This document shows positions 38,667-47,888 of a stretch of 64,000 nucleotides of DNA, in pieces. Below the pieces are notes generated by a model. The model did not search any database. It was not told where the DNA came from and worked only from the letters and a program-made list of their open reading frames with translations. The DNA is from a virus. Taxonomy: Duplodnaviria > Heunggongvirae > Uroviricota > Caudoviricetes. The translations under genes were made by a program, and so were the position numbers. Within the stretch, counting starts at the first letter, position 1; every line of letters starts with the position of its first letter. The stretch lies in the IMG/VR virus record IMGVR_UViG_3300023707_000001; one strand, given 5' to 3'.

Positions 38667-40097
38667 ATGGATACTCGTCCAGAGGAAGTAACTGAAGAAA
38701 ATATTGATGAAAAATTAATCAACTACGCCGACCTTAGACGTTTTGGTGAAAATATAAATAGGCATTATGCCTCCGTTGGCGTCTTAAAAGCAAAGGCCAA
38801 TATCACCGAAGTGTATACCCGCAAGGAAATCGATGATAAGCTGGCTGATATTTCTGTTGGCGAAGGCGTTAAGGGTGACAAAGGTGACCCCGGAGAACAG
38901 GGCCCAAAAGGTGACCCTGGCCAAGACGGACAAAACGGCCGTGATGGTACAGATGGGAAATCCGCCTTTGAAATCGCAAAAGAGAATGGCTTTGCAGGGA
39001 GCGAAGCAGAGTGGCTGAAATCACTGCAGGGAACCCCTGGCACAAATGGAGTTTCGGGACAAGATGGTGAGTCTGCTTACGAAATTGCCGTAAGAAATGG
39101 TTTTAAGGGCACAGAAAAAGAATGGCTGGAGTCCTTAAAGGGAGAAGGCGGCACGCCTGCAGACCCCATCGATACAACAAATTTTGTACAGAAGAATGAA
39201 CTGGAAGGATATGCTACGAAGGAAGACATCCCCGATGTTACCGGACTTGCCAAGAAAAGTGACATCCCGGATGTATCCAACTTAGCAAAAAAGAGCGATA
39301 TTCCTGATGTATCAAACCTTGCTACAAAGGATGATATTCCTGACCTTACAGGCTATGCTAAAGCTGAAGATATTCCCAAGCAGAAAACATTGGCGGAGCT
39401 GGGCGGCGTAACACAGACCGGCGTTGAGGCAATCATTCAGGCAAAAGATTTTACATCCACTGACGTTGTAAGGCAAATGATTGAAGCTGCCATTGCTGAG
39501 GCCTTGAAGAATAATGGTGGCAATAGTGGCAGTGGCGAGAGCGGTAGCGGCGGTAATAGTGGCAGCGACACTCCAGAACCGGAGCCTACTCCGCAACCAT
39601 CACTGCCTCAATTTGATGAAAGCGACTACGCATGGACGCACTACTTTGTAGTTCCGGCCGGCTGTCATTTTATAACTGACCATGCCAGCACCTTCTTCGG
39701 TGACCCGCTAACACCGGAAGACCTGTTTGGTCCCAACTATGACATGAAGAATGCTACAACCGAAATTCGTGTACTTGGTACATTGAGAGATAACGAAAAC
39801 ACCGAAACGGTGGTTGATGACGCCATTAAAGGGCGCACAATCGGTTACGACTTCACCGAGTATTATAAAGAGGGCTTAAGGGTGCCGCTGGATGCTGCCG
39901 AAGGGGTAGACGTGGATGGCTTCTGTAAAGAGCTCGATAGGGTTTGCCGTTGGAACGATGGCGCCATTAGCCACGACGGTGAAGAGATAATGGAAACAAC
40001 CTTGATGACTTCCGGATGTGGACTCCTATATATCATCCGTAAGCTGAAAGATGGCAAGACGTTCCCCGAGTATACAATTGGTGAAAAACTCAAATAA
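38667..40097 (+). CDS. Collagen-like fibre protein with 12-aa tandem repeats
   Basis: G-X-Y repeats, two SA(F/Y)EIA..NGF.G.E.EWL.SL modules, (L/Y)AxKxDIPD repeats, Gly/Ser-Pro linker, distinct C-terminal domain. Confidence 0.7.
   Translation: MDTRPEEVTEENIDEKLINYADLRRFGENINRHYASVGVLKAKANITEVYTRKEIDDKLADISVGEGVKGDKGDPGEQGPKGDPGQDGQNGRDGTDGKSAFEIAKENGFAGSEAEWLKSLQGTPGTNGVSGQDGESAYEIAVRNGFKGTEKEWLESLKGEGGTPADPIDTTNFVQKNELEGYATKEDIPDVTGLAKKSDIPDVSNLAKKSDIPDVSNLATKDDIPDLTGYAKAEDIPKQKTLAELGGVTQTGVEAIIQAKDFTSTDVVRQMIEAAIAEALKNNGGNSGSGESGSGGNSGSDTPEPEPTPQPSLPQFDESDYAWTHYFVVPAGCHFITDHASTFFGDPLTPEDLFGPNYDMKNATTEIRVLGTLRDNENTETVVDDAIKGRTIGYDFTEYYKEGLRVPLDAAEGVDVDGFCKELDRVCRWNDGAISHDGEEIMETTLMTSGCGLLYIIRKLKDGKTFPEYTIGEKLK
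39210..39377 (+). repeat. Degenerate 36-bp (12-aa) coding tandem repeat, ~4.7 copies
   Basis: YATKEDIPDVTG / LAKKSDIPDVSN / LAKKSDIPDVSN / LATKDDIPDLTG / YAKAEDIP. Confidence 0.9.
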
Positions 40098-40123
40098 GAA
40101 GTAAAGGAAAAGGAGCTCGTTGA

Positions 40124-40717
40124 ATGTATTCGAATAACGACGAACCGACAAAAAGCTTTAACGAGCTTCAATCCGATATACTCGGGGAGAAGCTTACAAG
40201 CAACCCATTGATGACAGCGCACAAGCTGGTCGGAAAAAACAAAGCTTTAAATACGAAACAGAAAACCATAGTCAATGCTATTAATGAAGTGTTGGCAACT
40301 ATGGAAAGAATTGAAGCAGCCACAGATAAAGACCTGAAATCGATGTATTCGTATTTGGGCTCGTTTAACACGAAACCAACTCTTATCAATGAGTTAAGTT
40401 CGAGGGATGCAGACTCCGTATTGTCGCTTGCAATGAAAGCTTACGATGATGTCCAAGAAATAAAAGATATTGCAAAAGATGATTATGAGGATGTGTTCCA
40501 TGTCGGTGAAGGGGAAACACAGTCTGTATTCAAATTATCCTACAAACCTATTGGTAAAATCCGTATGTATATCGACGGCATAAGATACTTCCATGATTGC
40601 ATCTCATATAATGCGGAAACAAACGAAGTGACTTGGATTAACGACTCGTCAAAAACTGAAGGGTTCGACATTACAGACGCAGACGTTGTTTTTGAATACG
40701 ACTGTATAAAAGAATAA
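40124..40717 (+). CDS. Putative tail-fibre-associated protein
   Basis: LNTKQKTIVNAINEV fibre-type motif; IRMYIDGIRY module; AAGGAG RBS. Confidence 0.55.
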   Translation: MYSNNDEPTKSFNELQSDILGEKLTSNPLMTAHKLVGKNKALNTKQKTIVNAINEVLATMERIEAATDKDLKSMYSYLGSFNTKPTLINELSSRDADSVLSLAMKAYDDVQEIKDIAKDDYEDVFHVGEGETQSVFKLSYKPIGKIRMYIDGIRYFHDCISYNAETNEVTWINDSSKTEGFDITDADVVFEYDCIKE

Positions 40718-40722
40718 AGAAG

Positions 40723-41046
40723 GTGGCAACAATTTTCCTCACAAGATTAAAACAGATTACAAAAGGCGAAAAAGCGATATTTCGCATGGAGCAGGTTGAT
40801 GATGGAAAGAGTAAGCTCACCGGGAGCCTGTTGCTTGGCATAGGTGCTGTCGAAAGAAACAAGGAGTATTCAGTAGGAGAAAACCTGTTTAATGCAGGGA
40901 ATAGCATCGACTTCGGGTCAATTCTTGAATGTGTTAAGGCAGGAAAAACAGGCGATACTCCTATCACTATCCCAGACAATGCAAAAACTGGAGACGTCTT
41001 TAGTGACGGAGAAGTTGAATGGAGGCTCACAAAAGTCTACATTTGA
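40723..41046 (+). CDS. Small protein with a carbohydrate-binding-like C-terminus
   Basis: YSVGE...LECVKAGKTG..P....DGEVEW resembles fibre-associated modules; GTG start. Confidence 0.4.
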   Translation: MATIFLTRLKQITKGEKAIFRMEQVDDGKSKLTGSLLLGIGAVERNKEYSVGENLFNAGNSIDFGSILECVKAGKTGDTPITIPDNAKTGDVFSDGEVEWRLTKVYI

Positions 41047-41081
41047 TAAAACATCATAATGCAAAAGCAGCATTGGATAAA

Positions 41082-41135
41082 AATACAAAACTGCCGTCCA
41101 CATACAATATGTAATGGGGAGGCAGTTTTTGTATT
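41082..41135 (+). terminator. Long inverted repeat, probable terminator
   Basis: AATACAAAACTGCC (41082-41095) pairs with GGCAGTTTTTGTATT (41121-41135) with one bulge. Confidence 0.65.
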
Positions 41136-41147
41136 ATGCAGTTTTCT

Positions 41148-41176
41148 CCAATAGCGCTCTACTTAATGGTAATACC
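41148..41176 (+). promoter_or_regulatory. Candidate phage-specific promoter, copy 1
   Basis: CCAATAGCGC-N7-AATGGTAATACC; a near-identical copy is at 55664-55691 and both follow terminators. Confidence 0.5.
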
Positions 41177-41220
41177 TGAAAAGAGGATTTGCCGATGAAA
41201 CAGAAAGGATTGGTGGCGAT

Positions 41221-41904
41221 TTGGCTACGAAAACTCGCGGTATACGCAAAGTTAGCGAAAACGTTCTCGCTCCTGGCAGAGCGATAATTATTACCGAAAA
41301 AGATAAAGACAAGTACAAGTGGGGAGACATCCCTGTCGGCTCGAAATTTATCGACACAGCCACGGGAATCGAAATGGTCAAACTCGAAGGCGAGAGCGAC
41401 TGGGTTCCCGCAGGTGTTAAAAATGATGGAACGATTTGTATTTCCAAGGACTCCGTAATCACTTGTGAAATTTACACAATCACGGAAATAGATAAAGATA
41501 AAAGAACATTCCGGTATCATAACGAAGATGGTGAGTATAGGAACTCAACAATGGTTTATGATGAGGAAACCGAAGAGCTGACCTATTTGTTTAAAGTTGA
41601 AAAGGGCGATTTTCAGCCGGGACGAAACCTGCTGCAGGTAACCCTTAATGATGCACTGACCCGTTCCGCTGCATCGGGCGGCTTGGTTGAAATCACAAAC
41701 CGCCACTTTGGTTTCGTTGAAAACCTGGAAGTTGGCGATGAACTCACTGTTATTTATATCCATAAAATCAATATCGGCAATCCATATCCGAGAATTTTCT
41801 ACGGGGGCACGGTTCCTGTTGATGCGGAAGATGGAGACCTCTGGCTTGATACATCTTCGGCACCGTATAACGGAAATGAGATAGTTGAGGTACAAGGGGA
41901 ATAA
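41221..41904 (+). CDS. Putative tail-fibre-associated protein (N-terminal domain paralogous to 47889)
   Basis: TTG start; RGIRKVSENVLAPGRAII..IPVGS..VKLEG; P.DAEDGDLWLDT fibre motif. Confidence 0.55.
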   Translation: MATKTRGIRKVSENVLAPGRAIIITEKDKDKYKWGDIPVGSKFIDTATGIEMVKLEGESDWVPAGVKNDGTICISKDSVITCEIYTITEIDKDKRTFRYHNEDGEYRNSTMVYDEETEELTYLFKVEKGDFQPGRNLLQVTLNDALTRSAASGGLVEITNRHFGFVENLEVGDELTVIYIHKINIGNPYPRIFYGGTVPVDAEDGDLWLDTSSAPYNGNEIVEVQGE

Positions 41905-41906
41905 AA

Positions 41907-43199
41907 ATGAGTGAAAGAAAGAAAAAGAAAACAGCCCTTATAAGGGAGCATATGCTTGAGCCGGATTTTCGCAAGAAGATTCGTCTCAACGACAAACTGA
42001 TTGGGCTTGACGACCTTACCCCCGAAATTCGTAAGAAGATAACCAATATTGCTTTGAATGAGGGAACGGCGTATGACGATAATGAACTCCGTGAGCGAAT
42101 TACAAATCTGGAAAACGGAGGAACTACGCTTGGTGAAGTATTCGTAAAAGACCTGGACAAGGTTTCCCGCAAAGACCTGGATTATAATGCTCAGGTGGCA
42201 TATGACAGAGCAAATGAAGTCCCGGAACTGCAGGAGAAGAAAGCGGATAAAGAATATGTGGATGAAAACTTCCGCAAGAAGGCTATCCCAGTAATTCAGG
42301 GCGACTTTGACCCACTGCTGCAGAAAAAGCTTAATGATATGCAGGCAAATCTTAACAGTATCATGGCAAATTTTGATTCCAATAGCGGTGCAGTAACCTC
42401 CGTCCAAGCCCTCGAAGAGGCAGTTAAAAACCTTAGTACGACGAAGGTTGAAAAGACCTACGTGGATAAAACCTTCCGTAAGGCTATTGACCAAATTTCG
42501 TTGTCTGATGTGGATAGCACTATCGCAGAGCCTGTCAATTCAATCCCGCAGATGCAGAAAAAATTGGATGACGCGGCAATGCTGTCAGACCTGGAAAACT
42601 ACCGGCCAAAAGCAGATCAAATCCGAATGGAAGATATGACAAACGATTTGCGCGATAAGCTTAAGAAAGTTTTCGATAGTGCGGACGATGCTAAGAAGGC
42701 CGCAGAAGAGTCATTCAAAGAAAACTTTGATTCCTATGGTATAACCCAGATACTCGACCGTTATGGTGACCTTATCTGTACAGACCCTGTTAACCCGCAT
42801 GTAATTGCTGGTGTTGACCAGATGAGTGACATGGAAAGAAAGTTCAAAGGTATTTATCCGTTCAGTCTTGCCGTAAACATCACAAAGTATATCGGGACGT
42901 ATGGTATCGGGGAGTCCAATCCATTGGGCGGCCGCATGAGTTTTTCCGGAGCTATCAATTATCTGTACGATTTGATTATGAAGACGTCCGGTGATGAAAG
43001 CCCGTTTGGCCTGTTCTTGAACTCTGGTAAAAAAGATATTAAGAAGCTCCGGGATGAATTGGATGCCTTAACGGAAACGGTCGAAACTATGCAGGGCGAT
43101 ATTGAAGACCTGCAGACGGAAAACACTGCACTGAAAGAGCGCGTCAAAAAACTGGAAGATAGCAGTAGCAGCGGAAGCGACAGCGGTGGAAAAAAATAA
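41907..43199 (+). CDS. Coiled-coil fibre-like protein
   Basis: YDDNELRERITNLE; repeated (F/Y)R...I...D(L/M)...L..KL units; C-terminal coiled coil. Confidence 0.55.
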   Translation: MSERKKKKTALIREHMLEPDFRKKIRLNDKLIGLDDLTPEIRKKITNIALNEGTAYDDNELRERITNLENGGTTLGEVFVKDLDKVSRKDLDYNAQVAYDRANEVPELQEKKADKEYVDENFRKKAIPVIQGDFDPLLQKKLNDMQANLNSIMANFDSNSGAVTSVQALEEAVKNLSTTKVEKTYVDKTFRKAIDQISLSDVDSTIAEPVNSIPQMQKKLDDAAMLSDLENYRPKADQIRMEDMTNDLRDKLKKVFDSADDAKKAAEESFKENFDSYGITQILDRYGDLICTDPVNPHVIAGVDQMSDMERKFKGIYPFSLAVNITKYIGTYGIGESNPLGGRMSFSGAINYLYDLIMKTSGDESPFGLFLNSGKKDIKKLRDELDALTETVETMQGDIEDLQTENTALKERVKKLEDSSSSGSDSGGKK

Positions 43200-43217
43200 G
43201 AAAGAGCAGGATAAGCA

Positions 43218-43847
43218 ATGAGATTACTTAGGTACGATGCAAAAAAGAAACGGTGGATACAGCTGTTTGCCGATTCTGCCTTGGATAAGTATAAAAACCT
43301 TTCGGATGTCGTTGATAAAAAAGCGGCACGAGATAATCTCGAACTGGATGAATATTATTGGAATAAAGCGGCGTTGAAAGACGGCGCCGCTGTCAATTCC
43401 ATCCATAACGTATGTGTTATCCAGGATGAGAAAGCTCAGTTTGTAACGAAGGCAGATAAAGAAAACTGGAACCAGAAGGTAGACCGGCCAATCGTAAAAT
43501 CCACTGCGGATGAAGAACTTCCCGAAATGACGGAAGGCCAGATGGTTTACAACCGCGCTACGGATACCATCAAGGTTAAGATTGACGGTAAAATTCGCGA
43601 TTTTGAAAACAACCGCGAAATCCATGGCACAGCAAATTTTGCAGGAATGGGAAATGAAGTTAAGATTGAACATCATCTGGAAACCATTCACGGCGTAAAA
43701 ATAACGCCAAAATTTGTTGGCATATCATGTGTCACCAACCCTGGAGGAATGTTAGGTGAAACATGGACGAGAAAAGACGATACGTATTTTTATGTAGGGA
43801 ATACAGGTAGTTATCAAGGGCCATTTGAATATATGGTTTACTACTAA
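43218..43847 (+). CDS. Tail-fibre-like protein
   Basis: NLSDVVDKKAARDNLEL and QFVTKADKENWNQK, both common fibre motifs. Confidence 0.6.
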   Translation: MRLLRYDAKKKRWIQLFADSALDKYKNLSDVVDKKAARDNLELDEYYWNKAALKDGAAVNSIHNVCVIQDEKAQFVTKADKENWNQKVDRPIVKSTADEELPEMTEGQMVYNRATDTIKVKIDGKIRDFENNREIHGTANFAGMGNEVKIEHHLETIHGVKITPKFVGISCVTNPGGMLGETWTRKDDTYFYVGNTGSYQGPFEYMVYY

Positions 43848-43869
43848 GGTTTTTTTGGAGGAAATAATT

Positions 43870-45144
43870 TTGAGACAACTACCAACAGCGGCAAGCTTAC
43901 TTTTAACGGAAAACTGCAACTTGCGATGCACTTATTGTTTTGAGAAACACAACAAAACAAAAATGAGCAAAGAGGTTGGACGAAAGGCAATCGACTGGCT
44001 TTCGGATAATGCTGTGAAAACAGGCCTGGATGAGTTTTCCGTTCTCCTCTTTGGGGGAGAACCGCTACTCAATATCGACACGATTGAGGAAGTGTTAGAA
44101 TACGGCGTAAAAGTCGCAGACGAAAAAGGACTCCGCTTTACGGCGTCAATGGTTACGAATGCCACAGTAATGAATGACCATATTTATAGCGTACTCCGTA
44201 AATACCGCGACATGGTTAATCTTGGCATACAGCTTTCTGTGGATGGAATTCCTGAAGTACAGGACAGATACAGATTGACGGTTGCCGGAAAAGGCTCGTG
44301 GCATATGGTTGAAAAGAATCTGCCAAGATTCAAGGAGCTTTACGATAACAACCCGGACGATAACCGCCTGTCCATTCATGGCTGCATCAATAAGGAAACA
44401 ATGCCATTCCTGTATGAGAATTACAACTTCTTCCGTAAGGAATTAGGGTTCAAGCGTATCTGGTTCCTTCCGATAGCCGAGGAAAAATGGGATGCGTCAG
44501 ATGTAAAGCTCTATCAGGAAAACAGCCAAAAAATCTTCAACGACTGTGTCGCAGATTTGCTGCAGAGCATGGACTATCAGGAAGCTCTCAATTATGCGCC
44601 GTTTGATAAGTTTGCAAATGGTCTGGAGTGTCGCCCGGACGCACCGTGCGGCGCCGGCAGAAGTTTTGTCACAATAACCGCAACGGGCGAAATTTATCCA
44701 TGCCATCAAATCTACTTCAATGACCCGGAAAAAGATACGCTGATTGGCAATGTGATGGGCGATGGAGAACTGGATGAAGACAGACGAAGAATTTTCCTTG
44801 AATACGAAGAGGAAGATATTGGATGTCAGGATTGCCCAAATACACAGTGCTACAGATGTCTTGCTACAAACTATGTAAACAACGGAGGCATTCTCTCTCA
44901 AATTAGGGGGCTGTATTGTGCCCTGTCTGGTATCGACAGATATTTCCAAGGCAAAATGTTGGAGGTTGTACGGAAATTGCGTCTGGCATCACAGGGCGAC
45001 GATGAAGTGCAGGACTGCTTGTGTAATTCCCGAAGTGCAACGTCAGTTAATGGCTGCGATATCGTAAATAACAAAGACTTGTGTCAGTCGGGAAACAATC
45101 CTAAAGCGCCGGGATGCCTCTGCGACGTAGATAGCGGATTTTAA
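43870..45144 (+). CDS. Radical SAM/SPASM-domain enzyme (peptide-maturase type) with Cys-rich tail
   Basis: CNLRCTYC, FGGEPLL, SVDG, SPASM CGAG..GEIYPCH..CQDC....CYRC..C; TTG start after GGAGGA. Confidence 0.9.
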   Translation: MRQLPTAASLLLTENCNLRCTYCFEKHNKTKMSKEVGRKAIDWLSDNAVKTGLDEFSVLLFGGEPLLNIDTIEEVLEYGVKVADEKGLRFTASMVTNATVMNDHIYSVLRKYRDMVNLGIQLSVDGIPEVQDRYRLTVAGKGSWHMVEKNLPRFKELYDNNPDDNRLSIHGCINKETMPFLYENYNFFRKELGFKRIWFLPIAEEKWDASDVKLYQENSQKIFNDCVADLLQSMDYQEALNYAPFDKFANGLECRPDAPCGAGRSFVTITATGEIYPCHQIYFNDPEKDTLIGNVMGDGELDEDRRRIFLEYEEEDIGCQDCPNTQCYRCLATNYVNNGGILSQIRGLYCALSGIDRYFQGKMLEVVRKLRLASQGDDEVQDCLCNSRSATSVNGCDIVNNKDLCQSGNNPKAPGCLCDVDSGF

Positions 45145-45171
45145 CAGAATAATGAATAAGAGGACGATAGG

Positions 45172-45957
45172 ATGGCTTTAAGAAGCTTAAAAAACACATA
45201 CAGCCGAATGGTTGATGATATAAGACAAAGCGGGCCAGCCAATAATGATTGGAAGGATTTGGCAACCTTAAAGGACCGGCTTGACAAAATGTATAAGTAT
45301 CGCAATAACGAGATAATCGATAGCGACCCCAGAAATTCAAATGATGATACGCCAGGACAGATTCATAATGTGTGTACGCAACATTATTACAAAAGCTTCA
45401 AGGACTTCCAGCAGAAAATGGGAGTGGATTACAGCCTGTCCATCGGTGATATCGACAATGCTCTCGATAGTATGCCGTATTGTACATGCAATGGCCGGTC
45501 TATGCAAGCATGCAAATGTGTGGCCCGAGATGCTGGCGATCATTGTTCGTGCAATGTAAGAGCGCCTATTGGGTGCGCTTGCGTATACCGCAACGGTGGC
45601 AAGTATGGCAGCCCGTGTGCAATAAATAGCTACAATTTTGGATGCAGCTGTGTAAGCCGGGCGGCTACTAGAGATTGTGATTGCAACGGTCGTTGCTCCT
45701 GTAATGTGGTGAATGAATACACCATGAAAACATATAGACAGAAGCTAAACGACGAAGGCATTACGGAAACCTGCCGTTGTGTATCAAGGCAGCTTGGCGA
45801 TGTATGCCTGTGTCACGCCAGAACTGTTGCAGCACAACCCCCTACTCATAGGCATACAATGGGGTGTAATACAAAGTATAATGTGCCGCAAAAATATTGT
45901 GACTGCGTACAGAGAACGTCATCAATATCGTGTGAATACCACGAAATACATTTATAA
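45172..45957 (+). CDS. Cys-rich CxCxxR-repeat protein, putative radical-SAM substrate
   Basis: Nine exact CxCxxR motifs plus CSCNVV, about 24 Cys in 261 aa, after a ~100-aa Cys-poor N-terminus; GAGGA RBS. Confidence 0.75.
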   Translation: MALRSLKNTYSRMVDDIRQSGPANNDWKDLATLKDRLDKMYKYRNNEIIDSDPRNSNDDTPGQIHNVCTQHYYKSFKDFQQKMGVDYSLSIGDIDNALDSMPYCTCNGRSMQACKCVARDAGDHCSCNVRAPIGCACVYRNGGKYGSPCAINSYNFGCSCVSRAATRDCDCNGRCSCNVVNEYTMKTYRQKLNDEGITETCRCVSRQLGDVCLCHARTVAAQPPTHRHTMGCNTKYNVPQKYCDCVQRTSSISCEYHEIHL

Positions 45958-45986
45958 GTAGTTAGTTAAGTAGTTAAGGAGTTAAT

Positions 45987-46880
45987 ATGCTGGAAAGATA
46001 CGTCATTCACGTTACCAAAGCATGCAATATGGATTGTTTTTACTGCTACGAGCAGGACAAAACAAGCAAGTATACAAAAGAGGAAGTTCTTGGCACCGTT
46101 GAAAAAATCGCCGCAAATTGCAAAGACAAAGAATTTGGTGTGGAATTTCTTGGCGGTGAGCCAATGCTTGCTTTTGATATTATCAAGGCGGTATATGAAT
46201 ATTTGGAGGAAAATTACAAGGGCCGCGTCAGGGATTACGTCATCACAACAAACGGCACAATACTGACGGATGATATGTTGGCATACCTACAGGAAAATCC
46301 TAAAATCGTATATGCTGTTAGCCTGGACGGTACGAAGTGGGCAAACCAGCTTCGCCGTTTTAAGGGCGGGGCCGGAGCATTTGAGCCGGTTGTGGCAAAC
46401 TTAAAGAAAGCAATCAACGGGCTTTCCGATGAACAGATAAGCGTACATATGGTAACGCATCCATTTAATGTCGGCAACATATTTAATAGCATTAAGTTTA
46501 TTCATAGCATGGGTGTTAAATACATCGGTGTTGGTACAGTGGAAAGTACAATGCTTATTGATGCGATGTACTGTGAAAGATTCGTTCAGGAAATGGATAA
46601 AGTAAGCCAGGCTATTGTTAGTGGTGAGCTGGCCGGGGTGGAGATAGATATTCTAAACACCGTTAAGCCTGTTGATGATGTGCGTACGTACATTAAAGAT
46701 GATACCGGCAAGGTAATCGGCGAAAGCTATGGTAGAAGCAAGGACGATATAACGTATACGAATGAATTTAACAGCGTGCGTACGGCATCGCCGATTGGGG
46801 ATGTAATTGTTTCGCTGCGCAGATGCGTTTATGAAAATCACCAGTATAGACTCGGAGGAAATAATGATAAAATCGCTTGA
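45987..46880 (+). CDS. Radical SAM enzyme without SPASM domain
   Basis: CNMDCFYC, FLGGEPML, TTNGT, VSLDG; AAGGAG RBS. Confidence 0.88.
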   Translation: MLERYVIHVTKACNMDCFYCYEQDKTSKYTKEEVLGTVEKIAANCKDKEFGVEFLGGEPMLAFDIIKAVYEYLEENYKGRVRDYVITTNGTILTDDMLAYLQENPKIVYAVSLDGTKWANQLRRFKGGAGAFEPVVANLKKAINGLSDEQISVHMVTHPFNVGNIFNSIKFIHSMGVKYIGVGTVESTMLIDAMYCERFVQEMDKVSQAIVSGELAGVEIDILNTVKPVDDVRTYIKDDTGKVIGESYGRSKDDITYTNEFNSVRTASPIGDVIVSLRRCVYENHQYRLGGNNDKIA

Positions 46881-47853
46881 ACACATCAAAGGACTTTGGG
46901 CAAAGTTAGACAAAAACGAAAAGCTGAGCATATACATCAATATCCCGTTCTGTAAATGTCAGTGCAGGTATTGCCTTTATAAAGGAGAGCCGGGCGCGGG
47001 GGACGAAGAACATCGAAAGTTTGTATACGATTACCTGATTCCGTCAATCAAAAGATTCCATGACTTATTCGATGAGCATGAAATCGAAACGATATACTTC
47101 GGTGGCGGAACACCAAATGCAATCCCCATAAAATACATTATGGATATATGCGATGCAACAGCATGCTTCAATCGAGCAAAGAATAGAATTATTGAAATGA
47201 ATCCGGCGTACTGCTCCGTTCAGGACGTAGAACTGTTAACCGATTTTGGTTTTACACTGATTACGTTCGGCGTTCAGTCGTTCTGCAAAGAAGCTCTTAA
47301 TTTCCAGCAAAGGCCATACTGCAGCGAGGATAAAATCACAAAACTTGGCAAGGCTATCCAGTCTCTTGGCGGAAAGTTCAGTCTGGACATCATGTGCTAT
47401 TTGCTAAAGTATGACAAGAGCGACCTTGAGATATTCAAACAGGATGTTGAGATTGCGAAAAGAACGAACGCGGACTTTGTAACGATATACCCGGAGCTGA
47501 ACCTAATCCTGAATGATGAACAGGCAGCAAACGATTTTGTGCAATGCGTAAAGAATGTTGACTGGAGCGGATATTGGCTGGACGATGATACTACCAATAT
47601 AGAAAAGACGCACAGATTGATAACTCGGATGGTTAAGGACAAATACAGTGAAGAAGAATTCTATGAAAGCATCCTTCCTTATTATGCGGACGACTTCCCA
47701 TACGCAACACAAAACATTGTTAGTTTTGGCGCAGGAAATGGTAAGCATGATGTAATGTCCTATGTGCCGGGAGAATTCTATTATGTAGAAGTCAACCTGG
47801 GAACCAATACACCAATATACAATATGAAATTCGAAGAAGGGGAACCGCAATAG
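46864..47853 (+). CDS. HemN-like radical SAM enzyme
   Basis: IYINIPFCKCQCRYC, TIYFGGGTPN, EMNP, FGVQSF; ATG 46864 after GGAGGA. Confidence 0.85.
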   Translation: MIKSLEHIKGLWAKLDKNEKLSIYINIPFCKCQCRYCLYKGEPGAGDEEHRKFVYDYLIPSIKRFHDLFDEHEIETIYFGGGTPNAIPIKYIMDICDATACFNRAKNRIIEMNPAYCSVQDVELLTDFGFTLITFGVQSFCKEALNFQQRPYCSEDKITKLGKAIQSLGGKFSLDIMCYLLKYDKSDLEIFKQDVEIAKRTNADFVTIYPELNLILNDEQAANDFVQCVKNVDWSGYWLDDDTTNIEKTHRLITRMVKDKYSEEEFYESILPYYADDFPYATQNIVSFGAGNGKHDVMSYVPGEFYYVEVNLGTNTPIYNMKFEEGEPQ

Positions 47854-47888
47854 AACCCCTCCATCGAAAAAGAAATGGAGGAGCATAA

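Noticed and set aside
41047-41220. tRNA or riboswitch in the larger intergenic gaps
   Set aside because: No cloverleaf or known aptamer was recognised; the gap is explained by an inverted repeat plus the candidate promoter.
43825-43869. ORF-track starts at 43825, 46807, 55555 and 24738
   Set aside because: They overlap upstream genes; better RBS-supported starts are at 43870, 46864, 55723 and 24753.
46864-47853. Haem biosynthesis gene hemN
   Set aside because: Family motifs only; short and with no tetrapyrrole context, so no gene symbol was assigned.
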